A stretch of 37,477 bases of DNA from IMG/VR virus record IMGVR_UViG_3300045988_063029, positions 1-37,477 of that record; one strand, written 5' to 3'. The first letter of the stretch is position 1. Every line of letters starts with the position of its first letter. Origin of the DNA: a virus. Below, piece by piece: positions 26,732 through 34,260 of the stretch. The notes below the pieces were generated by a model. That model saw only the letters and a program-made list of their open reading frames with translations, ran no database searches and was not told the origin of the DNA. Both the position numbers and the translations under genes were made by a program.

Positions 26732-26945
26732 CTTTTTGATCGTATCTTTTTTAAAATCCTATGTATATACTGTCTTCGGCATCTGTTCCCCTTTCCGCCC
26801 GGCAAATGCCGGGCTTTGGTGTTTTGTTGCTTTGTTAACCAGAATGCTATGTTTTTAGTTTCGCGTGGTATACAAAAACATCTGGTAGCATTAGCCAAAC
26901 GGCTCAACTCTTTACCTGACCATAATTGTAATAATTTTGTTCAAA

Positions 26946-27419
26946 TCAGGATTCTTTTGTTTTAGTGCCAGGTAAAGAGCTAAAACGTTTGTCAGAGTCT
27001 GACAAAATCGCATCTAATTCCTGGACTGCTGTCTTATGTTTTCTTAAGATCGTTCTTGTGCTGTATCCCATCTCTTCCGCTATATCTTCCATGGACATGT
27101 ATCGTATGTAATGCAGCACAAGAATTTTCTCATTTTCTTTGTTTTTCATTCGTCTCAAGTTATTTGAAACGTTTTTTTTGTAATCAATCAACCAATCTAT
27201 TTTGTAATTGATGGCTTTCTTTGTATCAACAATCTTTCCAACGATCTCCGCCATCTTGTCATTGTTTTCTTTTGCGGATGGCGCTGCATTGGGGTCAATG
27301 GATCCCGTTGTCTTTGTCGCGAGATCCATATAGCTTTTTGCATCCTCGATCATTGCATCGATTGCATTATCTACCTGTCTGATTTTTCCTAAATATATTT
27401 TTGTCTCTTCAAAACTCAA
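26946..27419 (-). CDS. Sigma-70 region-4-like / ArpU-RinA-type phage late transcriptional regulator
   Basis: The C-terminus (ILVLHYIRYMSMEDIAEEMGYSTRTILRKHKTAVQEL) resembles a sigma region 4 HTH. The TTG start has GGGAGGT 6 nt upstream. Confidence 0.65.
   Translation of the reverse strand: MSFEETKIYLGKIRQVDNAIDAMIEDAKSYMDLATKTTGSIDPNAAPSAKENNDKMAEIVGKIVDTKKAINYKIDWLIDYKKNVSNNLRRMKNKENEKILVLHYIRYMSMEDIAEEMGYSTRTILRKHKTAVQELDAILSDSDKRFSSLPGTKTKES
26988..27006. repeat. Palindrome copy c: TTTGTCAGAGTCTGACAAA
   Basis: A perfect copy lies inside the last codons (ILSDSDKRF) of the late-regulator gene. Confidence 0.95.
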
Positions 27420-27502
27420 TGCTTTACCTCCCTCAAACTGTTATGTTATACTAGCAGTTGGAGACATTGAATCTTTCCCCGGTTCTTGTCTCTTTTTTTG
27501 TT

Positions 27503-27793
27503 TTAACTAAGCTGATAACGCCAATTGTATAATTCTTTTTTTAAGAAACATTCGTTGTAACACGGTTGTCCTTTTTTCTGCACCTGGATCAGAATCACGT
27601 CTCTGTGGACCCTTTTCACTTTTCCAGTCACAATCCTGTATGGGCTTTTGTCATACTCTGTTTTCTTTCTCGGAATCCACATCTTGATCTTTTTCCCAGT
27701 TTTTATGTCTTTTATTTTTTCATTGATCATCTCAAACGTGATCAGGCTCTCAGTGATTGTATTTGTTTTTGTTGCATACTTTGCTATTGCCAT
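27503..27793 (-). CDS. Hypothetical protein
   Basis: AGGAGG lies upstream of the ATG at 27793 (MAIAKYATK...). The protein is 96 aa. Confidence 0.55.
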   Translation of the reverse strand: MAIAKYATKTNTITESLITFEMINEKIKDIKTGKKIKMWIPRKKTEYDKSPYRIVTGKVKRVHRDVILIQVQKKGQPCYNECFLKKELYNWRYQLS

Positions 27794-27939
27794 TACATTC
27801 CCTCCTGCTTCGTACAATCATTCCCTAATATACGGCCTGCTTCTTCTTCCATCTTAAGGATCTCTTCTACACTTCCACATTCTTTTTTCAATGATTCCTA
27901 CCCATTGTGGCTCTAGTCCTAACACATAAATTACTCTTG

Positions 27940-28479
27940 TCATTTTCCCACCTCCAGCATTTTCGTCATTGTCTTATCTTGTAACAACATTTCCATCATT
28001 GCCATTCTTTTTAATTCTTTTTCTGAATACTTATGTTCAGCAGTATTATTTTTACTGCTGCCGTTTAAATCAAAAATATTATGCTTTTGGATAAATACTT
28101 TAAAGAGAAATTCTACTTCTTCTTTCCATAGTTCTTTGTAAAACTCATATTCAATTCTTATCTGCGTTTCTTCAATTTTCGTACATTCTATCAGAATAAT
28201 AGATCTTTTGCCTATTCCACTGGAATAAGTATATATCTTATTAAACCACTCATTTCCAAAAGTCTTATTCGCTATTTGCAGAATCAACTGTTTTTCAAAT
28301 TTATTCTTATATTTAAATTCAAAGTTTTCCTTTTTTTCATCTGATAAATCAATTTCTTCAACGCCATACTTTTTCATTAACTCTTTTAATTTGCGTTGCG
28401 CAGTTTCTTTTTCTCCACCAATACCACGCTCTGCTAACGTCTTCAGCTTATTCAGCAATTGTTTTTTCTTATCATCCAT
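27940..28479 (-). CDS. Hypothetical protein with DUF2786-like N-terminus
   Basis: The N-terminus LLNKLKTLAERGIGGEKETAQRKLKELMKKYG resembles the DUF2786 helix pair. The family call is from memory. Confidence 0.55.
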   Translation of the reverse strand: MDDKKKQLLNKLKTLAERGIGGEKETAQRKLKELMKKYGVEEIDLSDEKKENFEFKYKNKFEKQLILQIANKTFGNEWFNKIYTYSSGIGKRSIILIECTKIEETQIRIEYEFYKELWKEEVEFLFKVFIQKHNIFDLNGSSKNNTAEHKYSEKELKRMAMMEMLLQDKTMTKMLEVGK

Positions 28480-28589
28480 TATTTTTCCTCACTTTTAAGG
28501 TATTTTCCAATATTATCTAAATTTTCAGGTGTGATCAGATCTCTCGCTTTCGCTGTAAAGCCTGATACTGCATATTTTCTCTTTGCCAT
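28479..28589 (-). CDS. Small hypothetical protein (36 aa)
   Basis: The AGGAGG RBS is embedded in the end of the upstream gene. The ATG follows that gene's TAA directly, and the stop forms a TAATG overlap with the next gene. The ORF falls below the ORF track length cutoff. Confidence 0.45.
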   Translation of the reverse strand: MAKRKYAVSGFTAKARDLITPENLDNIGKYLKSEEK

Positions 28590-29444
28590 TTACATTCCCT
28601 CCTGCTGCTTTCTCAGTAACTGTTTTTCCAAGTCGTCAAAATCATAGTCTCTTTGCGTAAAATTATGCTGTATTTGCAGCTTTGGAGCATTTGCTCGTGC
28701 CTTAGGTTCTTCAACAAATTGCTCATATGCTCTATTGATCCATCCATTCAGGAATCGTGGCATACCACGTTTTGTTTTTTGTTTTTGTTTGTTGTTGGTT
28801 AGCCAAGCAAGTGCTTTTCGCATCTGTGCATCAATATCAATACCAGGATAGAGTTGTTCAAATTCTTTCACGTCGTTCTCAGTGACCACGTAATCATCAC
28901 CATTTTTCAATGGCATATGATATTCTCTTGCCCCCTGATAGAGCTGTTTGGAATCTTGACTATCGTTCTCCTGCTTCTGTTGTCCGGCTTGCTCCGGCAG
29001 TATGTTATTATTACTCTTACCTAAACTAACCTTACTCTTACTTATACTGGGGATACATTCTGTATCCAAGTTGTATCCATCTTGTAATTGATCACTTTTT
29101 TGGAACTCATAAGCACCATTTTCATCAATTTCAAGCATCCTCTTTTCTTGTTTATAATCTGTTTCATGATACCGGTCTCTTTGTATGTAGTTATGCATTC
29201 TCCAGTGTTTTACAACAATCACACCAGTATCATCAAATACAAGAATAAATGATTTTGCAATCAAGATATTTAGATCATCTTTGTTGCTTCCAATCATCCG
29301 TTGAATCCTATTGGCATTATTAATGAAACCATCATCATCAGCTCGCATTGACAGGTGAAAATATAATGCTTGAGCTGACAATGGTAAATCTAGAAATGCA
29401 TCTGAATCAATTAATTTCTTATTGAACATCCTTCTGTTCGCCAT
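28590..29444 (-). CDS. Phage replisome organizer (DnaD-like N-terminal domain)
   Basis: RMFNKKLIDSDAFLDLPLSAQALYFHLSMRADDDGF is the characteristic N-terminus of replisome organizers. Confidence 0.8.
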   Translation of the reverse strand: MANRRMFNKKLIDSDAFLDLPLSAQALYFHLSMRADDDGFINNANRIQRMIGSNKDDLNILIAKSFILVFDDTGVIVVKHWRMHNYIQRDRYHETDYKQEKRMLEIDENGAYEFQKSDQLQDGYNLDTECIPSISKSKVSLGKSNNNILPEQAGQQKQENDSQDSKQLYQGAREYHMPLKNGDDYVVTENDVKEFEQLYPGIDIDAQMRKALAWLTNNKQKQKTKRGMPRFLNGWINRAYEQFVEEPKARANAPKLQIQHNFTQRDYDFDDLEKQLLRKQQEGM

Positions 29445-30684
29445 CGTAATCCACCCTTTCTGTCATATCTCTCATGTACTTTTGTAATGCTTCCGTCATA
29501 ACCTTCAGGCGAATCATAGCATCTTTATCTTTAATTTTCGTATTTGGAATTTGCTTTTTTACATATCCCAACACAGTCTTCACATCCTGGAAGGTGAAGG
29601 TTATGCTTCCCAAATCCTCTTCCGACATTTGTTTATTTTCTAAAACATTTTCACAAACATGCTCGCATTCAAGTGTGTACCCACATAATTTGCAACATCC
29701 TGGACATTCTGCAATATTCCTGTTTTGCTTGTATTTCTCTATGATTTCATCAATGTTGCACTCATATTTCTGATTATAAGCACACTTCGCAGTTACTTCC
29801 GGCAGTTGCTTTGTTTCATATCCCGATGGCATATTCTCGCACTGATAGCGGCAACCATGTGCATGATCACACAATCTACAACAACCAGAACATGGTCCAT
29901 TTGTCTGTAAATGCTCCTGCTGCTTCGCAATAAGCTTTGTATGACAAATCTTTGAATCATCATATTTACATTTTGTCTTTTCTTTGAAATCTTCTTTAAT
30001 TTCTTTCACCTGCGACAGCTTAACATCGTCTTGTTCTGCAAGATCTTGCTGTACCTCCTGCGGTAATGTTGCCATTTCGTTCGCAACAGATACTGGAATT
30101 TCGCCCTTTTCAAATTTCTCTTTTGCATTATCAACAAGATTGCGGTTAATGCTCTCTAATTGTGCAATTTTTGTTCCAGAAACACCTAAGATTGTGGATA
30201 TCAATTTACGCATATCAGTAGATGATATCTTTGTCTCATTCTCCTTTGCGTACTGATCGAGTAAGATTCTGAGTTTTTCCGCTTCTTGCATCTTCTCGTA
30301 TTCCGTACGCTCTCGCTGTGTTGAATTGCTCAAGATCAGATTCAACTTCCCAACAGTGCTTGTCGTATCTTCTACAACGCATGGCACAAATTCAAATTCA
30401 TTCATTCCCATTTCTTCTACGTTATAAATCGTCGCCAATCTCCTGCGATGGCCCTCATTTATTTCGTACTCATCAATGTCTGTCTTTTTCACACGTAGTG
30501 GATTCTTGATTTCTCCTGCGATTCTAATTGCAGCCGCAAGCTTCTCAATTCCTTCGGTATCGTAAAAGTTATCGGGGCTTGGTTTCAATTTTGTGTAATG
30601 GATCATCTGCACTCTTGGAGCAGACTTCTTTTTTCCCTGCTGTGGTTTTTGCCCGATGCTATTTAAGACGTCATTCATGTCCAT
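29419..30684 (-). CDS. parB: ParB/Srx-domain protein with HTH and two C-terminal Cys-rich modules
   Basis: The ParB N-domain motif NPLRVKK...YEINEGHRRRLA is present. The gene lies downstream of the ParA-like gene. Two CxGCCxLC-x5-C-x3-CEN modules lie at residues 265-284 and 327-346. Confidence 0.7.
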   Translation of the reverse strand: MDMNDVLNSIGQKPQQGKKKSAPRVQMIHYTKLKPSPDNFYDTEGIEKLAAAIRIAGEIKNPLRVKKTDIDEYEINEGHRRRLATIYNVEEMGMNEFEFVPCVVEDTTSTVGKLNLILSNSTQRERTEYEKMQEAEKLRILLDQYAKENETKISSTDMRKLISTILGVSGTKIAQLESINRNLVDNAKEKFEKGEIPVSVANEMATLPQEVQQDLAEQDDVKLSQVKEIKEDFKEKTKCKYDDSKICHTKLIAKQQEHLQTNGPCSGCCRLCDHAHGCRYQCENMPSGYETKQLPEVTAKCAYNQKYECNIDEIIEKYKQNRNIAECPGCCKLCGYTLECEHVCENVLENKQMSEEDLGSITFTFQDVKTVLGYVKKQIPNTKIKDKDAMIRLKVMTEALQKYMRDMTERVDYDGEQKDVQ

Positions 30685-31419
30685 TTACAGCACCTCCTTG
30701 ATCAATTCCTCAGTGAAATCGTTATAATCAAGGCATGCGTTCTTTGTACTTCTACATTTTCTTAATGGCATTCTACGGTAGGTAGAATAATTTACCGATG
30801 CACAATCTCTGATCAGACTCTTGAATATCGGATACTGATGTCTATTTACCAAATCGATCAGCCCGATCTTATTTGCCTTTGTCGGCTTCCAAAGCGTGAT
30901 CAATACCTTATACTCACAATTTGGTGCAAGATCTAAGATATCTTGGAAGTGTTCATCAAAGAAAGCCAATCCGTTAATACTATTTCTGTCAAGTTTGACA
31001 GGGACAACGCAAAGATCTGCTGCTACAAGAGCAATCTTTGTATAAAGTTCAAAAGTCGGATGGCAGTCGATGATTACGAAATCATATCGATCTTCGCCTA
31101 ACTGATTAATCTGATCTTTTAGTTCTACTGGACTGTAGATCTTAACAAATTCAAGGTGTCGATCTGCCTGTACAATATCAAGATTTTTGAATTTTGTTCT
31201 TCTGATTGCTACTTCAAGGGTATATTTACCTTGTAAAACTCCTGTTAAACTTTTCTTTTTTTCATCGTATTTGCCATAAAAATATGACGCGTTTCCCTGT
31301 GGATCGCAGTCGATCAACAGAGTTTTGTATCCTTTTTCACTCAAATTGTAAGCAAGATTTACCGCTGTAGCCGTTTTACCAACGCCGCCTTTGTAATTCA
31401 TTATTGTTATTGTTTTCAT
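30685..31419 (-). CDS. parA: ParA/Soj-family partition ATPase
   Basis: The deviant Walker A motif NYKGGVGKT is present, followed by LLIDCDPQGN. The protein is 244 aa. Confidence 0.85.
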   Translation of the reverse strand: MKTITIMNYKGGVGKTATAVNLAYNLSEKGYKTLLIDCDPQGNASYFYGKYDEKKKSLTGVLQGKYTLEVAIRRTKFKNLDIVQADRHLEFVKIYSPVELKDQINQLGEDRYDFVIIDCHPTFELYTKIALVAADLCVVPVKLDRNSINGLAFFDEHFQDILDLAPNCEYKVLITLWKPTKANKIGLIDLVNRHQYPIFKSLIRDCASVNYSTYRRMPLRKCRSTKNACLDYNDFTEELIKEVL

Positions 31420-31639
31420 CTTCTTTTTCCTCCATTATCTTCCTGTGAAATCTTTCGAGTTCTTCTCTATTGTGTTTCAGGTGTTTCGTTTCGTTTAAGA
31501 TATAAAGTTCTTCACTTCCGCATCTTGGGCAGACACAGTCAAGTGTGACACTCCAGAATCTCTTTGAACATTTCGAACACAAATTATCCCAAAATGGTTC
31601 TGTAAAATCTGTTATTCCATCTCTGTAAGTACGTTTCAT
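31376..31639 (-). CDS. Zinc-ribbon hypothetical protein
   Basis: CSKC...CPRC form a zinc-ribbon pair. The likely start is the ATG at 31639, after AGGGG. The 3' end overlaps the parA start. Confidence 0.5.
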   Translation of the reverse strand: MKRTYRDGITDFTEPFWDNLCSKCSKRFWSVTLDCVCPRCGSEELYILNETKHLKHNREELERFHRKIMEEKEDENNNNNELQRRRW

Positions 31640-31744
31640 AAACACCCCTTGAAAAAAATTAACGATAATGGTACACTTTTATTAGTTCTAAATATGTACA
31701 TCGTGATTTTTTTCACGTACTAGGCACTCATATGGGTGCCTTTT

Positions 31745-31840
31745 TTATTTGATGTCAACCTTTTCTGCTCTTATAGTTGCTTTTAAAAGCATTTCAATAA
31801 TTTGCGCTGCTTCTCTTGCAGCCTGATAAATGTTTTTCAT
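31745..31840 (-). CDS. Small hypothetical protein (31 aa, amphipathic helix)
   Basis: AAGGAG lies 7 nt upstream of the ATG at 31840. The sequence is MKNIYQAAREAAQIIEMLLKATIRAEKVDIK. It falls below the ORF track cutoff. Confidence 0.4.
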   Translation of the reverse strand: MKNIYQAAREAAQIIEMLLKATIRAEKVDIK

Positions 31841-31851
31841 AGTTAGTCTCC

Positions 31852-32000
31852 TTTTTACTCTTCTGATGATTTACAGAGCTCTCTGAATTTGTATGTAATA
31901 CTGAGAAGGATTTGCTCTGTTACTGTTATTGATGATTTTAAAGGGGGTATTTAGCTGTAGTGTATTTAGAGAGCTCTGTAAATCATCAGAAGTTTTTACT
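31852..32000. mobile_element. MITE-like element: 133 bp with 25-bp perfect terminal inverted repeats and 8-bp direct flanking duplication
   Basis: CTTCTGATGATTTACAGAGCTCTCT (31860-31884) has its exact reverse complement at 31968-31992. TTTTTACT lies immediately outside both ends (31852-31859 and 31993-32000). The element contains no ORF. Confidence 0.6.
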
Positions 32001-32002
32001 GT

Positions 32003-32266
32003 CTACAAAATCTTGCGTATTTTTAACCGATTAATCTCGTTTTTAAGTTGCTGCAGCAATTCCATTTTTACAGTCTGCGCATATTGTGGATCTGAATGCA
32101 TCTCAAGGTTTTCTGCGAATGTATCAATCTTATCTCTCAGGATGCCGTATGTGTCTGAGCTGTCTTTTAGCTGTTGATATAGTGCGCATTTCTCAATTGC
32201 ATGTGTTCCTGCATGTCGTTTTGCTAATGCGTAGAGTGATATATCTTTCTGTTTCATCTTTTTCAC
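32003..32266 (-). CDS. Hypothetical protein
   Basis: The 87-aa ORF runs in the early-operon direction and overlaps the upstream gene by 4 nt. Confidence 0.55.
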   Translation of the reverse strand: MKKMKQKDISLYALAKRHAGTHAIEKCALYQQLKDSSDTYGILRDKIDTFAENLEMHSDPQYAQTVKMELLQQLKNEINRLKIRKIL

Positions 32267-32532
32267 GCTCCTTTAAAGACGATATCTTTCCAGGATGGTT
32301 CTATCCCTTCTTTTTCTTCAAATTGGCTCATTGGGATTCTGATCAGCTTGCCCATTCGCAAAGCCTGAATTTCTCCGCTCTTTACCATCTTTGTTACAAA
32401 TGACTGGGAACAGCTCATTTTCTCGGCAAATTCTTTTGGAGAGAGATACTGTTCATTTTTCTTTTGCTCTTTCAATTCTCTGATTTCTCTTTCGAGCTGT
32501 TCAACTCTCTGTTCCAAATACATTCCTTGCAT
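32263..32532 (-). CDS. Excisionase-family (MerR-like) HTH protein with N-terminal coiled coil
   Basis: LSPKEFAEKMSCSQSFVTKMVKSGEIQALRMGKLIRIPMSQF matches the excisionase-type DNA-binding domain pattern. Confidence 0.65.
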   Translation of the reverse strand: MQGMYLEQRVEQLEREIRELKEQKKNEQYLSPKEFAEKMSCSQSFVTKMVKSGEIQALRMGKLIRIPMSQFEEKEGIEPSWKDIVFKGA

Positions 32533-32545
32533 CTTTTTCCCTCCT

Positions 32546-32773
32546 TTATTTAGATGTCTCAGTTTCTGGAAAAGGTAATTCTTCTGTTTTTCCTTTTTTA
32601 TCTGGATATTCTTTTAATCCAGTCATCATTTCCCTGATGTATTTATGCGGTACATCGCACTGAATTGCGTTCATCATAATTTCTGCTTTTGCCCCTTCTC
32701 TCATTAATGTATACAGTTTTGACATCATGATTTCTGTTCTATCTTCTTTACTAAATGCATCTACAAGACCCAT
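32546..32773 (-). CDS. Hypothetical protein
   Basis: The 75-aa ORF has GGAGG upstream (TTGGAGGAAAAATAATG). Confidence 0.55.
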   Translation of the reverse strand: MGLVDAFSKEDRTEIMMSKLYTLMREGAKAEIMMNAIQCDVPHKYIREMMTGLKEYPDKKGKTEELPFPETETSK

Positions 32774-32801
32774 TATTTTTCCTCCAATCTATTTTCTCTT
32801 A

Positions 32802-32948
32802 TTATTTAAATATTTCATTTAAACACAAAAACATCAGCATATATATAATCACCGAATTTGCTCTTGTCATTGGTTCCACTCGTGTTATTAAATATTCTAT
32901 AAAGGTTGCGCTTATTAATGCTATAACCGACATTATTGCTATTTTCAT
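32802..32948 (-). CDS. Possible small membrane protein (48 aa)
   Basis: GAGGT lies 4 nt upstream of the ATG. Two hydrophobic segments are present (MKIAIMSVIALISATFIEYLI..., ...SVIIYMLMFLCL). It competes with a plus-strand 76-aa ORF that has no RBS. Confidence 0.3.
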   Translation of the reverse strand: MKIAIMSVIALISATFIEYLITRVEPMTRANSVIIYMLMFLCLNEIFK

Positions 32949-33035
32949 TTCTACCTCGCTTGTCAAGTTCTTTTTCCTCGTATAATTTGCTTACAGGGCA
33001 CTGGCATGTCCGAGTTTTATGAAAGGAGTTATTAT

Positions 33036-33212
33036 ATGGATAAAATATCTATTGATCAGCTTCGTGAAAACCTAAATGACTACTCTGCACATTTACAACG
33101 TTTCCAAGCTGATTCTAATGCTGATTCTGATTCTATAATCTTGTTTGATGAACTAGCTAAATATCATCACTATATGATTTCCGATATTATTGATTATCTG
33201 GATCAGCTTTAG
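33036..33212 (+). CDS. Small acidic hypothetical protein (58 aa), oriented against the early operon
   Basis: AAAGGAG lies 7 nt upstream of the ATG at 33036. A TTGTCA ... TATAAT promoter-like pair lies at 32960-32986, with a short 15-nt spacer. Confidence 0.45.
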   Translation: MDKISIDQLRENLNDYSAHLQRFQADSNADSDSIILFDELAKYHHYMISDIIDYLDQL

Positions 33213-33357
33213 TTTCTTGTTCTGTGTCATCTACTAGTTCGACACCAATCGCAAATTGTAGATGATGCAGAATCTTTGATGCTTCTTCTATCATCTTCTT
33301 TGCTTTATTTAATTCTTCTAAGGTCTCGTTTTTTCCAGTTATTTTTAAATACATCAT
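33187..33357 (-). CDS. Small hypothetical protein (56 aa)
   Basis: AGGAGGTGAG lies upstream of ATGATG at 33357. The gene runs in the early-operon direction. Its 3' end overlaps the plus-strand ORF by 26 nt. Confidence 0.45.
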   Translation of the reverse strand: MMYLKITGKNETLEELNKAKKMIEEASKILHHLQFAIGVELVDDTEQETKADPDNQ

Positions 33358-33473
33358 TTTCTCACCTCCTGGTACTGTTACTACTGGTTTTCGGTAAAAA
33401 TCGGTAGTGTTGATTACTGGTGTTTCTACTCTTATTTATTGTATTATTATTTTATACTCCTTTTAGTAGTATT

Positions 33474-33671
33474 TTATAATAAAAAAATATCAGGAAAAAG
33501 TTTTTCAGGTGGTTCTTTATACAGTCTACATATTTTTGCAGCTAATAAAATGCTTGGGTTTCTTTGGCCTAGTTCAATTTTTGACAGGCAATCTTGAGTA
33601 ATTCCTAATTTATCAGCGATAACTGTCTGTGATTGATCGCCACGGCTTAATATTAATTCCGTTCTTTTCAT
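33474..33671 (-). CDS. Cro-like XRE-family HTH regulator
   Basis: The 65-aa protein has the HTH QTVIADKLGITQDCLSKIELGQRNPS. It is divergent from the repressor gene, and its RBS is AAAGGAGA. Confidence 0.8.
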   Translation of the reverse strand: MKRTELILSRGDQSQTVIADKLGITQDCLSKIELGQRNPSILLAAKICRLYKEPPEKLFPDIFLL

Positions 33672-33704
33672 CCTGTATCTCCTTTCTTTTCTTTTGTTAC
33701 TCTT

Positions 33705-33780
33705 ATAATATACTACAAAAAGTAGTATGTAAATACTTTTACAACTTTTTGTAGTTTTTATTTTACTACTTTTTGTAGTA
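33705..33780. promoter_or_regulatory. Genetic switch: three TACTAC-N5-GTAGTA operators and the early (cro) promoter
   Basis: O1 is at 33711-33727 (perfect), O2 at 33741-33755 (ACAAC-N5-GTAGT) and O3 at 33764-33780 (perfect). The minus-strand promoter has TTTACA (33728-33733), a 17-bp spacer that equals O1, and TATTAT (33705-33710). Confidence 0.7.
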
Positions 33781-33804
33781 AAATAATGAAAAAGAGGTGA
33801 TAAA

Positions 33805-34221
33805 ATGCGTAGAATTGCTATGTTAAGAAAAGAAATGGGTATGAATCAAATGGAATTAGCAAAATATTTAAGATTATCCCAACAAACTATAAGTAAATAC
33901 GAAAACGGAAAAGCTGACCCAGACAAAGAAACTTTAATTAGATTATCCGAATTATTTAATGTCTCTACTGATTACATTATTGGGAACTCAGATAAGCGTG
34001 ATCATTCAGAGTTAACATATAAAGACAATCGTAATATAGCAAAAACCCTAGACGTGCTTAAAGATCAGGTAGACAACAACGAAAGTGGTGAATTAAATTA
34101 TAACGGGATTGAAGTTACAGATGATGATGCCGAGCTTCTTATGGATGCTCTTGATATGGCATTACGTCGGATAAAAAAGAAAAATAAAGAAAAGTATACA
34201 CCTAAAAAATATAAAAAATAA
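33805..34221 (+). CDS. CI-like XRE-family repressor (no S24 peptidase domain; ImmR-like)
   Basis: The N-terminal HTH is MNQMELAKYLRLSQQTISKYENGKADP, with RBS AGAGGTGA. The gene is divergent from cro and co-directional with immA-like and int. Confidence 0.8.
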   Translation: MRRIAMLRKEMGMNQMELAKYLRLSQQTISKYENGKADPDKETLIRLSELFNVSTDYIIGNSDKRDHSELTYKDNRNIAKTLDVLKDQVDNNESGELNYNGIEVTDDDAELLMDALDMALRRIKKKNKEKYTPKKYKK

Positions 34222-34222
34222 T

Positions 34223-34241
34223 TTTGTCAAAGTCTGACAAA
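34223..34241. repeat. Palindrome copy d (one mismatch): TTTGTCAAAGTCTGACAAA
   Basis: The copy starts 2 nt after the repressor stop and ends 20 nt before the exonuclease-BRCT start. Confidence 0.9.
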
Positions 34242-34260
34242 GAATAGGAGGATTGATATT

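Noticed and set aside
26680-26907. 75-aa ORF, and a possible -1 frameshift on A AAA AAG (about 26747-26753) into the HTH ORF
   Set aside because: The frames are compatible, but the upstream ORF has a TTG start without an RBS and a junk-like Arg/Cys-rich sequence that spans a hairpin. A-runs are common in this AT-rich DNA, so this is probably coincidence.
31860-31992. 25-bp inverted repeats as an invertible promoter (inverton) or a terminator
   Set aside because: I found no convincing -35/-10 pair inside the 83-bp segment in either orientation. The 83-nt loop and missing U-tract argue against a terminator. The 8-bp direct flanking duplication favours a transposition footprint. Inversion is not fully excluded.
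32755-32985. 76-aa plus-strand hydrophobic ORF
   Set aside because: It has no RBS and its start lies inside the 5' end of the upstream minus-strand gene. A minus-strand 48-aa ORF with an RBS fits the operon direction better, though that ORF is also low confidence.
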